Source of the DNA: Clostridiales bacterium
GTDB taxonomy: Bacteria > Bacillota > Clostridia > Christensenellales > QALW01
Length of the DNA: 64,000 nucleotides
Reading direction: 5' to 3'
Assembly: GCA_015069575.1 (NCBI GenBank)
Contig: SVIH01000002.1
Location: 75,508-139,507, forward strand
The notes beneath the pieces are model-generated. The model was given only the letters and a program-made list of their open reading frames with translations, did no database searches and was not told the origin of the DNA. Positions 36,144 through 45,265 of the stretch are shown here, piece by piece; the first letter of the stretch is position 1; each line of letters begins with the position of its first letter. The translations under genes and the position numbers were made by a program.

Positions 36144-37499
36144 GTGATAAGTTTGGAAAATAATCAGATGCAGCAAGTTGACCGCATGATGCCAAATGAT
36201 ATTGAAAGTGAGCGTTCAGTATTAGGCGCAATTCTTTTAAATAATGAATGTATAAATATCGTTTATGAAAAAATAAAGAACAGTGAATATTTTTATCGAT
36301 CAAACAACAGGGAAATATACGATGCTATGTGTACCCTTTTAAAAGCGGATACACCTATTGATATGGTTACCCTTTCAAGTGAACTTATTAAAAGGGGTAT
36401 GCTTGAAAATGTTGGCGGTATTACATATCTTACTGAACTTACAGGCACCGTGCCTTCTGTTGCCAATGTTGAACATTATGTTGATATTGTGGTTGAAAAA
36501 TATAAATTACGCCGTCTTATAACAGATTTAGGCAAATCGGTTTCAGAATGCTATGGCGCAGAAAGGGAATCTAAAGAAATCATCGAAGGCGCTGAAAGTT
36601 CATTGTTTAATATATCGATGAATAATGAGGCTTCAAAACTTACCCATGTCAGCGAAAGTGTTAACGATGTTTATGAAGAAATCCGTCAGATATATTTAAA
36701 TCATGGTAAAACAAGGGGAGTCCCTACAGGATTTTACGAGATTGACCAGATGACAGGCGGTCTTCAACCGGCAAACCTTATAATTATTGCAGGCAGACCA
36801 AGTATGGGTAAAACAAGTTTGGCGATGAATATGGCTGCCCATGCTGCTATGGTAGAAAAAAAGAGTGTTGCATTTTTCAGCCTTGAAATGAGCAGAAACG
36901 ACCTTTTAATGCGCTTAATAGGAACTGCTGCTGCTGTTGATGGCAACAAAATCAGAAGCGGTGATCTTGAAACAGAAGATTGGGAACGCATTTATGATGC
37001 AACAGAACTTTTAAACAATTCAAAACTTTATATTGATGATACTACGCAGATAGGTGTTACTGAAATAAGAAGTAAATGCCGCAGAATAAAAGACCTTGCG
37101 CTAGTTGTAATTGACTATATTTCATTAATGGCAACTGAAAATAAAGAAAGCCGTCAACAAGAAGTATCACTTCTTTCACGGCAATTAAAAAGTCTTGCAA
37201 GAACACTTAATGTTCCGGTTATAGTGCTTTCACAGTTAAACCGTTCAGTAACAAGTGGCAGAAAAAATCATACACCTATGCTTTCTGACCTTCGCGAATC
37301 AGGTGCAATCGAACAGGATGCAGATCTTGTAATGCTTGTTCACCGTCCGGGATATTATCAGGATGAAGATGAAGATGTTGATAAAAATCTTGCACAGATA
37401 ATTATTGCAAAACAGCGTAACGGTTCAACAGGTACGGTGGAACTTACATGGAAACCTGAACTTACACAGTTCTTAAGCAGAAGTTATAGAGACGAATAA
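36144..37499 (+). CDS. dnaB: replicative DNA helicase
   Basis: ESERSVLGAILL N-domain, Walker A GRPSMGKTS, SLEM, IAKQRNG. The start could instead be ATG 36168. Confidence 0.9.
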   Translation: MISLENNQMQQVDRMMPNDIESERSVLGAILLNNECINIVYEKIKNSEYFYRSNNREIYDAMCTLLKADTPIDMVTLSSELIKRGMLENVGGITYLTELTGTVPSVANVEHYVDIVVEKYKLRRLITDLGKSVSECYGAERESKEIIEGAESSLFNISMNNEASKLTHVSESVNDVYEEIRQIYLNHGKTRGVPTGFYEIDQMTGGLQPANLIIIAGRPSMGKTSLAMNMAAHAAMVEKKSVAFFSLEMSRNDLLMRLIGTAAAVDGNKIRSGDLETEDWERIYDATELLNNSKLYIDDTTQIGVTEIRSKCRRIKDLALVVIDYISLMATENKESRQQEVSLLSRQLKSLARTLNVPVIVLSQLNRSVTSGRKNHTPMLSDLRESGAIEQDADLVMLVHRPGYYQDEDEDVDKNLAQIIIAKQRNGSTGTVELTWKPELTQFLSRSYRDE

Positions 37500-37511
37500 A
37501 CGGAGAATTTT

Positions 37512-38456
37512 ATGATAGAAATTGAAAATCTTACCAAAAGATACGGCAATAAACTGGCTGTTGATAATATAAGTTTTAAAGTTAAAAAAGGTTCTATTGT
37601 AGGCTTTTTAGGCAAAAACGGTGCAGGCAAAAGCACTACAATGAATATTATTACAGGTTATATTTCCGCATCCGGCGGTACTGCAAAAATAAACGGGTAT
37701 GATATTTTAAAAGATCCTATGGAAGTAAAAAAATGCATCGGATATCTGCCTGAAAAACCTCCTATTTATAGCGAAATGACGGTTTTAGAGTATCTTAAAT
37801 TTGTTTGCGCAATAAAAGATGTTAAAGCAAGTAGTGTTAAAAGCCATATTGATGAAATTGCGCAACTTGTAAAATTAACAGATGTTATAAACAGGCGTAT
37901 CGGGAATCTTTCAAAAGGATATCAACAGCGTGTTGGTATGGCGCAGGCACTTGTTGGAAACCCTGAAGTGCTTATCCTAGATGAGCCAACGGTTGGGTTA
38001 GACCCTAAACAGATAATTGAAATACGCCGTATGATAAAAGCGCTTGGCAAAAAGCACACAATTATTCTTTCTTCACATATATTGCCTGAAGTTGCAGATG
38101 TTTGTGAACAGGTTGTAATTATCAACGAAGGAAAAATTGTTGCACAGGATACACTTGCTAACTTGCAAGAGGGTATACAGGAAAGTGCAAATATGATAGT
38201 TCGTATTGCAGGCAGTGAATCTGCAGCAACTAAAGTATTAAGGGCTCTTTCAGGGGTATCTTTCGTTGAAGGTCTTGGTGTAAGAGAAAAAGATACTGTT
38301 GATATTTTAATTGAAACAGTAAAAGGCGTTGATATCCGCAGGGCGATGTTCAATGCAATGGCAAAGGCGAATATGCCGATATTAATGATAAAATATGTTG
38401 ATGTAACTTTAGAAGATATCTTCTTAAAACTTACAGGCACAGAAAGGGAGATTTAA
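37512..38456 (+). CDS. ABC transporter ATP-binding protein (ABC-2 / GldA-like)
   Basis: Walker A GKNGAGKST, signature LSKGYQQRV, Walker B LILDEPTVGLD. Confidence 0.85.
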   Translation: MIEIENLTKRYGNKLAVDNISFKVKKGSIVGFLGKNGAGKSTTMNIITGYISASGGTAKINGYDILKDPMEVKKCIGYLPEKPPIYSEMTVLEYLKFVCAIKDVKASSVKSHIDEIAQLVKLTDVINRRIGNLSKGYQQRVGMAQALVGNPEVLILDEPTVGLDPKQIIEIRRMIKALGKKHTIILSSHILPEVADVCEQVVIINEGKIVAQDTLANLQEGIQESANMIVRIAGSESAATKVLRALSGVSFVEGLGVREKDTVDILIETVKGVDIRRAMFNAMAKANMPILMIKYVDVTLEDIFLKLTGTEREI

Positions 38457-38459
38457 ATT

Positions 38460-39203
38460 ATGTGGGCAGTATGTAAAAAAGAAATGCAAAATTATTTTTA
38501 TTCTCCCGTTGGATATGTTTTTATTGCAATATTTATGCTTATTTCCGCAATGATTTTCTTTAATATCAATTTAACAGCAAACACATACGGAACAGGTTAT
38601 TCGGGACAGGCTGAATATGCAACTTCACTTCAGAATATGACTATTTATTTAAGTTTCATAACACCTGTTCTTACAATGCGTATTTTTGCAGAAGAAAGAA
38701 AAAACAAAACAGATCAGTTGTATTTAACTTCGCCTATAAGTATTACAAGTGTTGTTCTTGGTAAATATTTTGCTTGCCTTGCAATGCTTGTTATTGCAAT
38801 GGTGTTGAACCTTATCTTTCCTATAATGCTTGCAGTATATACATCTTCAGGGGCTTTAAGCCTTGCAATGCTGTTCGTTCAGTATGTTGGATTTTTCCTT
38901 ATTGGCGCAACATTTATGGCAATAGGTGTGTTTATTTCTTCTATGACCGAAAGCCAGGTTGTTGCAGCGGTTGTAAGTTTTGCTGTTGCATTTATTATCT
39001 GGCTTGGTAACAGCGTGCTTACGAATATAGGCAGCAGTATTGTTTCTGCTATAGCATCAAGTATTAATATGCTTGCGCGCTATCAGAACTTTGCAGATGG
39101 TATTGTTGGTTTTGCGCCAATATTTTATTATATCAGCCTTTCGGCTCTGTTTATGTTTTTAACTGTAAGGGCTATTGAAAGAAGAAGATGGACGGGGGTT
39201 TAA
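38460..39203 (+). CDS. ABC-2 type permease (GldF-like)
   Basis: Six TM segments, immediately follows the ATPase gene. Confidence 0.7.
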   Translation: MWAVCKKEMQNYFYSPVGYVFIAIFMLISAMIFFNINLTANTYGTGYSGQAEYATSLQNMTIYLSFITPVLTMRIFAEERKNKTDQLYLTSPISITSVVLGKYFACLAMLVIAMVLNLIFPIMLAVYTSSGALSLAMLFVQYVGFFLIGATFMAIGVFISSMTESQVVAAVVSFAVAFIIWLGNSVLTNIGSSIVSAIASSINMLARYQNFADGIVGFAPIFYYISLSALFMFLTVRAIERRRWTGV

Positions 39204-39207
39204 TGAA

Positions 39208-40680
39208 ATGAAAAAAGATAATCGTAATCTCAAATACGGTGGATTTTCAATCGTTATCACCGTTTTAGTTATTGTTGCGGTGCTTATAGCAAATGTTCTT
39301 GCAACGTATATCGAAAGTAATAATGGGCTTAAAATCGATTTTACCCCTACATCATCATATACACTTGATAACAATGCAAAAAGTGCATTAAAAGATCTTG
39401 ATAAAGATGTTGTAATATACACATTTATTCCAAATGGACAAGCAAGCACATATTCAAATCTTACAACAAATATTGCCACAATGTTTGATGGTGCAAGCGA
39501 TAAGGTTACTTATGTTAATGTGGATCCTGTTGTTAATCCATCAAAACTTCAGCAGTTTTCATCAGATATTAAGGAATTAAAAACATATGCTGTGGTTGTA
39601 TGCCAAAAAGATAATGAAGCAAATTATCATGCATATAACGAAAGTGAACTTGTTGAATACAATAGTAAAACATACAAAAACTATTTTGTACTGCAAAGAT
39701 GGATTACAAGTGCCCTTGTGTATTTAAGAACGGGAATCCGTCCTAACGTATATATTCTTACAGGTCACGGCGAAGTTATTGATGAAACATGCGAAACTAT
39801 GCTTAACCGTATCAGGCGTGAAAATTTCAGTGTTCAGGAAATAAGCCTGTTAACAGGCCAGCAAAAACTTCAGCAGGGTGATATATTAGTTATACTTGAA
39901 CCTAAAAGTGATCTTTCAAAAAATGAGTATGATCAGATAATCAAATTCCTTGATACTGATTATGGCAGAATGTTATTTCTTTGTTCAAAACTTAAAGATG
40001 ATGCAGGAAATACTTTGAAGAATTATTCAAATATCCTTGAATACTTCCATATTACACTTAATGATGGCGTAGTTGCTGAAACCGATCTTAATCACAGAAG
40101 CGCTGCTTCAGCAAAAATGATTGAACTTGTTGCCGATCAGGTGCATGATATTTCAGCTCTTGTCCGTTCTGCAGGGGAACCTGTATGGGTAAGTGAAAGC
40201 GCAAGTTATTCATTTATTGACGATAAACAGCTTGTAACGGGAACACATACCGAAACATTTGAACCTGTTCTTACAAGCTATGCATCAAGCGTTTTAGTTC
40301 CCTGGGCACTTTCTGTTAATTTTGAAGCATCAGATTATAAAAAAGGCGTAAATAATATTGCCTGTGCATATGAACGCACAAATACTGTTATTTCAGGTGA
40401 CCTTAATACTACTACAACAAGAATCTTACTTTGTGGATCTACTTCCGTTGCAACAGGTGATTATTTAGGAAATGCAAATATTTTGCGTAATGGTATGAAC
40501 TGGCTTGCAGGCAGAGAAGCATCTGACGGGCTTGTTAATATTGGTATTGACCTTACAACAAGTTATGTACAGCTTTCTCAGCTTGAAATGCAGGTTTGGT
40601 TTGGCATATTAGTTGTTGCTGTTCCTGCTATAATATTTGTTGCAGGTGTAGTTGTATGGATCAGGAGGAAAAATCTTTAA
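39208..40680 (+). CDS. GldG-like ABC-transporter auxiliary protein
   Basis: N- and C-terminal TM anchors around a large extracytoplasmic domain, in the position after the GldA/GldF-like genes. Start at ATG 39208. Confidence 0.6.
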   Translation: MKKDNRNLKYGGFSIVITVLVIVAVLIANVLATYIESNNGLKIDFTPTSSYTLDNNAKSALKDLDKDVVIYTFIPNGQASTYSNLTTNIATMFDGASDKVTYVNVDPVVNPSKLQQFSSDIKELKTYAVVVCQKDNEANYHAYNESELVEYNSKTYKNYFVLQRWITSALVYLRTGIRPNVYILTGHGEVIDETCETMLNRIRRENFSVQEISLLTGQQKLQQGDILVILEPKSDLSKNEYDQIIKFLDTDYGRMLFLCSKLKDDAGNTLKNYSNILEYFHITLNDGVVAETDLNHRSAASAKMIELVADQVHDISALVRSAGEPVWVSESASYSFIDDKQLVTGTHTETFEPVLTSYASSVLVPWALSVNFEASDYKKGVNNIACAYERTNTVISGDLNTTTTRILLCGSTSVATGDYLGNANILRNGMNWLAGREASDGLVNIGIDLTTSYVQLSQLEMQVWFGILVVAVPAIIFVAGVVVWIRRKNL

Positions 40681-42287
40681 TGGATGAAAATAAAAGTTAT
40701 ACGGATGTAACTAAAGAAATTTCTCTTGAAGATGACGCATTAAAGGATGAGCTTCTGTCGGTAGAAAAAAAAGAGAAAAAAATAAAGCGTATGGGTATGA
40801 AAAAGTCAATAATACTCGTTTCAGTATCCATACTGCTTATTGCTGCATTAATTGCAGGCTATATGATATGGGGTAATAACGACCAGCCGTCTGACGAAAA
40901 TAAAAAAGTTCTTTATGATTATAAAGAAACAGGTATTTCTAAAATCAGCATACAGAACAATGTCAGCAACGAAACGGTTGTTCTTACATCGTTTATGAAT
41001 GGCACAAAAGAAGAATGGAACATTGAAGGTCAGAAATATGACGATGTTAATCAAAGTGCCATAAAAAGTCTTACAACATATGCAACATATCTTGAAAGCA
41101 AGTATATTGTTGAATTCAGTAATATGAATCTCAGGGAATATGGCCTTGAGTCTCCACAGGCAGTGGTTGAGATCGTTGCAAAAGATAATTCAAAAGTTAC
41201 TATTGATGTAGGTAAAGAATACGGCAGTAATGAGGGCACATATGTGCGTGTGCGCGGTATTGATGAAATCTATATTGTACACGATTATTATCGCAGTGCC
41301 TTTACAACAGAAAGAGCGCATATGCTTACTTTACCGTCTCTTTCAAAAACAACATTAAGCGCACAGATAGTTTCAATAATTGATAAAAACAGAACACAGG
41401 TAACATTAGCGTATGTTCCTGATGCTATTTACGGAACTGATGCATGGCATCTTATTCAGCCTACAAACTCTGCAACCAACGCAACGGCTGTAGACAGTCT
41501 GTTTTCAAATATTGATAGTTTTGCTTTAACTTCTTATTATGCACAATCCGTTGGTGAAGATATAGAAAAGTATGGCTTTATACAGCCTGTCCTTGAATTG
41601 CAAAGTTTTGATATTGATAATAAAATGCTTGACCATCTTATTATCGGAAACGAGTGTGAAGAAACAGAAGATACACGCTATTGTATAATTCTTCACGACG
41701 GGCAAGAGATTAAAGATGCTACAGTATATCTTGTAAAAAAAGATCAGTTATCACTTTTAAGTGCAAATCCGGCAAATCTTGCTAATCCATATTTGCTTTC
41801 AATTAATATCAACTGGTTAAGAAGTGGTAAAATTACCATTGGTAAAAATGTTTATGAAATAACAATTGACCGTCAATTAAGATATGATGATGCGGGAAAT
41901 GTTTTATTAGATACTGATGGCGTTGAAACTACAACAAACACATATTATATTAACGGTAAAAAACTTGATGAACTTCAGTTTAAGCACTTTTATTCAACAC
42001 TTTTATTTTTACAAATAGAAGGTATTGTTGATAAAGATGCGCCTAAAGGTGAAAGTATGCTTAAATATGAACTTGATGTTGAAATTCCTATTACCGATAG
42101 CAAAACAGGTGTTACTACAAACCGCCCAATGCAATACATTGGCAATTACCGTCTTGTTTCAGATGGCTTTGCGGTATTGGAAAGCAACCAAAGTGAGCAT
42201 CCGGTGTTTACTGTTCGCACAACATCGATTCAGCAAGTTATTACCGCTCTTGAACTTTTGCTTGAAGGCAGAATGCCTACAAATTAA
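40680..42287 (+). CDS. DUF4340-like membrane-anchored protein
   Basis: TAATG overlap with the GldG-like stop and AGGAGG upstream. Single TM then a repetitive beta-rich ectodomain. DUF4340 assignment rests on the usual gldAFG neighbourhood. Confidence 0.5.
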   Translation: MDENKSYTDVTKEISLEDDALKDELLSVEKKEKKIKRMGMKKSIILVSVSILLIAALIAGYMIWGNNDQPSDENKKVLYDYKETGISKISIQNNVSNETVVLTSFMNGTKEEWNIEGQKYDDVNQSAIKSLTTYATYLESKYIVEFSNMNLREYGLESPQAVVEIVAKDNSKVTIDVGKEYGSNEGTYVRVRGIDEIYIVHDYYRSAFTTERAHMLTLPSLSKTTLSAQIVSIIDKNRTQVTLAYVPDAIYGTDAWHLIQPTNSATNATAVDSLFSNIDSFALTSYYAQSVGEDIEKYGFIQPVLELQSFDIDNKMLDHLIIGNECEETEDTRYCIILHDGQEIKDATVYLVKKDQLSLLSANPANLANPYLLSININWLRSGKITIGKNVYEITIDRQLRYDDAGNVLLDTDGVETTTNTYYINGKKLDELQFKHFYSTLLFLQIEGIVDKDAPKGESMLKYELDVEIPITDSKTGVTTNRPMQYIGNYRLVSDGFAVLESNQSEHPVFTVRTTSIQQVITALELLLEGRMPTN

Positions 42288-42451
42288 TCGTTTTTAATTA
42301 CAGCCCTTACTTGATCTTCAAGATGCTTGTTTACCTGGTCATGCTTAGAAATTATGGTGCGGTAAGCACTGTAACGGGGTTTGGGCATCTGAACAGGCTC
42401 ATTGATAACAGTATCGTTCTTTTTAAAATTATTAAAATTAAATTTACGCAT
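42284..42451 (-). CDS. candidate small protein, 55 aa (MRKFNFNNFKKNDTVINEPVQMPKPRYSAYRTIISKHDQVNKHLEDQVRAVIKND)
   Basis: AAAGGAG, 7 nt, ATG 42451. Hydrophilic, non-repetitive sequence. Below the ORF-track length cutoff. It fills an otherwise empty 217-nt gap. Confidence 0.4.
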   Translation of the reverse strand: MRKFNFNNFKKNDTVINEPVQMPKPRYSAYRTIISKHDQVNKHLEDQVRAVIKND

Positions 42452-42479
42452 AAAAACACTCCTTTAAGGTTTGTGTTAA

Positions 42480-42509
42480 AAAATATGCGTAAAAACAGGA
42501 GTATATGAC
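42480..42509 (-). promoter_or_regulatory. sigma-E-like promoter upstream of the 55-codon ORF
   Basis: Minus strand GTCATATA (42509..42502), 14 nt, CATATTTT (42487..42480). Same architecture as the spoIVA candidate promoter. Confidence 0.3.
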
Positions 42510-43668
42510 AAATTCTGTGCTTAAAAAAGCGTTTGCCCTGATTTTAGCAGTTGTTTTATTCTGCGGATGTTCAAAAAAGTATACGGGGCTTGATAAACCT
42601 TTAACTGTTGAAAACCCGCTGGCACCTGTTACTTCAAACGGCGGTATAGCGTTAAAACAGGGTGAGTGGATATATTACATTAACGGTGATAATTTTACCC
42701 GTCATGAAGGGGAAAGATTTTCTTCTTATGCCGGTGCCCTGTGCCGTATGAAAGAAGATGGCAGCGATAAAACCGTTGTATTAAATAAAGATGTCTGCGT
42801 TTTTGATTTTTATAATGGCAGATTTTATCTATGTATATACGAACAAGGCAAAAGTATAAGTGCAAGTGTTAAGGTTGATGGCACTGATTATGTTGAGTAT
42901 AAAACCATTGACGATATATTCTTCGGCGGTTGCTACGGCTTTTTAAATGGAAACATATACTATACCAAAGATTTTAAACTTTACCGTATGAACGAAGAAG
43001 GTAAAAACAGCATAAAAATAACGGATTTTCCTATTTATAATCTTCGTCTAAATAGCGAATATGTATTTTTCACAAAAGATGTAAACGGTGATATAGGCAA
43101 TATTTATAAACTTAAAAACAGTGAAAATGATTTTGTAGAAATCACAAAAGAGCCTGCATATGTTCTTGATATAATAGGCGATAACGCGTATTATTATATG
43201 CTTTCAAGCGGAACGGTTTATTGTTACGATGCAAAAAGCGGTTTGGCAGAAGCGATAATTTATGGTGGGTATACAGATTATTTGTTTAATCCACAGGAAG
43301 ATATTAATGTTATTTCATATACTATTGCAAGTGAAGATGAAAATGTTGGCGGAATCTTCACCATGAAATCAACAGGCGGTGAAAAAACAAAAATATCATC
43401 TTATAGCGGAAAATGTATGGTTTTAAATAAGGAATATATTTATTACATAAATGTAGATCAGTTAAACCAGCTTTACCGCGTAAAAATTGATGGCACAAAT
43501 GAAGAATGTGTCAGTGAAGAATTTGTTTACGATTATATTTCCCTTGATATTGTAGGGGAGTATCTGTATTTTCTTTCTGATAGTGATTACGATAGAATAT
43601 ATAGAATTAATTTGTCAGATCTTACACAGGAATGTGTTGAGTTTGAAGATATAGCGATAGTTGGCTAG
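42505..43668 (+). CDS. lipoprotein with DUF5050-like beta-propeller repeats
   Basis: Lipobox LFCGCS. SNGGIALKQGEWIYYINGD plus repeated Y-Y-I/F blade-like strings. Confidence 0.6.
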   Translation: MTNSVLKKAFALILAVVLFCGCSKKYTGLDKPLTVENPLAPVTSNGGIALKQGEWIYYINGDNFTRHEGERFSSYAGALCRMKEDGSDKTVVLNKDVCVFDFYNGRFYLCIYEQGKSISASVKVDGTDYVEYKTIDDIFFGGCYGFLNGNIYYTKDFKLYRMNEEGKNSIKITDFPIYNLRLNSEYVFFTKDVNGDIGNIYKLKNSENDFVEITKEPAYVLDIIGDNAYYYMLSSGTVYCYDAKSGLAEAIIYGGYTDYLFNPQEDINVISYTIASEDENVGGIFTMKSTGGEKTKISSYSGKCMVLNKEYIYYINVDQLNQLYRVKIDGTNEECVSEEFVYDYISLDIVGEYLYFLSDSDYDRIYRINLSDLTQECVEFEDIAIVG

Positions 43669-43680
43669 AGGAGAATTTGT

Positions 43681-44796
43681 ATGAAAAAATTTATTTCCTT
43701 AATATTGGTTGCGCTGGTTTTATTTAGTATTTCAGGGTGCAAAAAGGCACTTGAGGGGGGGCAACCTGACGCTGAGATAGTATCTAACGGTGGTATTGTT
43801 ACAAAACAGGGCGATTGGATATATTATATTAACGGCTCAATGCCTGAATTGGTAAAAGATGCGTTATTGGATACACCAAGGGCAAGAATTTACCGCTGTA
43901 AAACTGATGGAAGCCACAAGCAAGCATTAACAGATAAAAAAGTGTATGATATGTTTGTTTATCAGGATAAGATTTTTTATACATCTCCTTCTGAAAAAGA
44001 TGTTACACTTTATGTTATTAATATAAACGGAACACACAACAAAAAAATTAAAACCATACAAGATGGCGAATTTGTTTATTTTGGCGAAAAAGGCGTTCTG
44101 GTCGAAAACCAAAATAAATGTTATTACTATAATTACGAAACTCTTGAAGAAAAAAGTTTTGAAACAGGTACTGTTGACAGCGCAAAAATAAGTGAAAACT
44201 ATATTTATTACAGTGTGGATAACGGACAGGGAATTAAACGTATCGAAATTGAAACAGGCAGGCAGGAAGTTTTATGTGATAAAGTTGGGCTTATACTTTC
44301 GGCAACAGATGAAACAGTATATTTTATTTCAACCCGTATTCCTTACAGATTAAACGTAAACACACTTGAACTTGTTCAGATAAGCGAATCGCTTTACCGT
44401 AAAACATATTTTGATTTAAATAAAAGATGCATTATAGGTGTTTTAAGCGATACTGAGGATGCAGGAATATTCCTTCAGCCTATTGATAATGTAGCAGGCG
44501 CGCCTGTTGGCGAAAATTCAAATAAACCTCAGAAACAAGTGCATACAAAAAGCGCTCAGGCCATAACAACAACAGAAGATTATATATTCTTTGTTGAAGA
44601 GGAAACAGGTGATGTTTATCGTATGACATTTGAGGGCAAAGAAAAAACAGTTTTAGGCAATGTTCCATCAGTATATAATACAAATTCTATTGAAGTTATT
44701 GAAAATACATTATATATAATGGGCGATGCCAAGGACGGAAAAATTTATTCTGTAAAAATTGATGGCAGTGAATCATTGGCAATTATTAAGGAGTAA
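43681..44796 (+). CDS. lipoprotein with DUF5050-like beta-propeller repeats (tandem paralog)
   Basis: Lipobox SISGCK. SNGGIVTKQGDWIYYINGS parallels the upstream gene. Confidence 0.6.
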   Translation: MKKFISLILVALVLFSISGCKKALEGGQPDAEIVSNGGIVTKQGDWIYYINGSMPELVKDALLDTPRARIYRCKTDGSHKQALTDKKVYDMFVYQDKIFYTSPSEKDVTLYVININGTHNKKIKTIQDGEFVYFGEKGVLVENQNKCYYYNYETLEEKSFETGTVDSAKISENYIYYSVDNGQGIKRIEIETGRQEVLCDKVGLILSATDETVYFISTRIPYRLNVNTLELVQISESLYRKTYFDLNKRCIIGVLSDTEDAGIFLQPIDNVAGAPVGENSNKPQKQVHTKSAQAITTTEDYIFFVEEETGDVYRMTFEGKEKTVLGNVPSVYNTNSIEVIENTLYIMGDAKDGKIYSVKIDGSESLAIIKE

Positions 44797-44798
44797 CA

Positions 44799-45209
44799 AT
44801 GAAACAAGCAAAGTTGACAATAATAACGAAACAGCCTGAAACAAATGAAGATATGACCTTTACTACAAGAACGGAATGTATGGAAACAAACGAAGGCTTA
44901 AAAATAAATTATGAAGAAAATTTAAGCGAAGAAGATGTGGTAAATACTCAACTTTTAATTGGCGATGATACCGTAATGGTTCAAAGGCAAGGTGATGTTG
45001 GTGGAAATATGTTTTTCAAAAAAACAACCACATATGAAACGCATTACAATGCAATGGGTGGCATTTCCCTTGATATGAAAATATTTACTACAAATCTTGA
45101 TATTTCCAAACACGAGAACGGTGTTTTTGCTAAAATTGATTATCAACTTTTTTTAGCAGGGTCAAGTGTTGGAAAAATGGGTATGGATATTAAAGTAGAA
45201 TATATCTAG
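44799..45209 (+). CDS. DUF1934 (YwiB-like) beta-barrel protein
   Basis: 136 aa. The overall pattern (short N-terminal strand, V..R.G motif region VMVQRQGDVGG, C-terminal Y.L) resembles YwiB. Recall-based. Confidence 0.45.
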   Translation: MKQAKLTIITKQPETNEDMTFTTRTECMETNEGLKINYEENLSEEDVVNTQLLIGDDTVMVQRQGDVGGNMFFKKTTTYETHYNAMGGISLDMKIFTTNLDISKHENGVFAKIDYQLFLAGSSVGKMGMDIKVEYI

Positions 45210-45265
45210 AAACCATAATTATCACAAATTTATATTTGCTTCATATAATATATGGGGTGAATAAT

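Noticed and set aside
36144-37499. dnaB outside the usual rplI-dnaB context, considered as a possible mobile-element helicase.
   Set aside because: Its length, motifs and composition look like the chromosomal replicative helicase, and no phage or plasmid genes are nearby. This cannot be judged without the rest of the genome.
42311-42508. 65-aa plus-strand ORF in the gap after the DUF4340 gene.
   Set aside because: It has no RBS, a non-ATG start and an implausible sequence. The opposite strand carries a better candidate (RBS + ATG, 55 aa).
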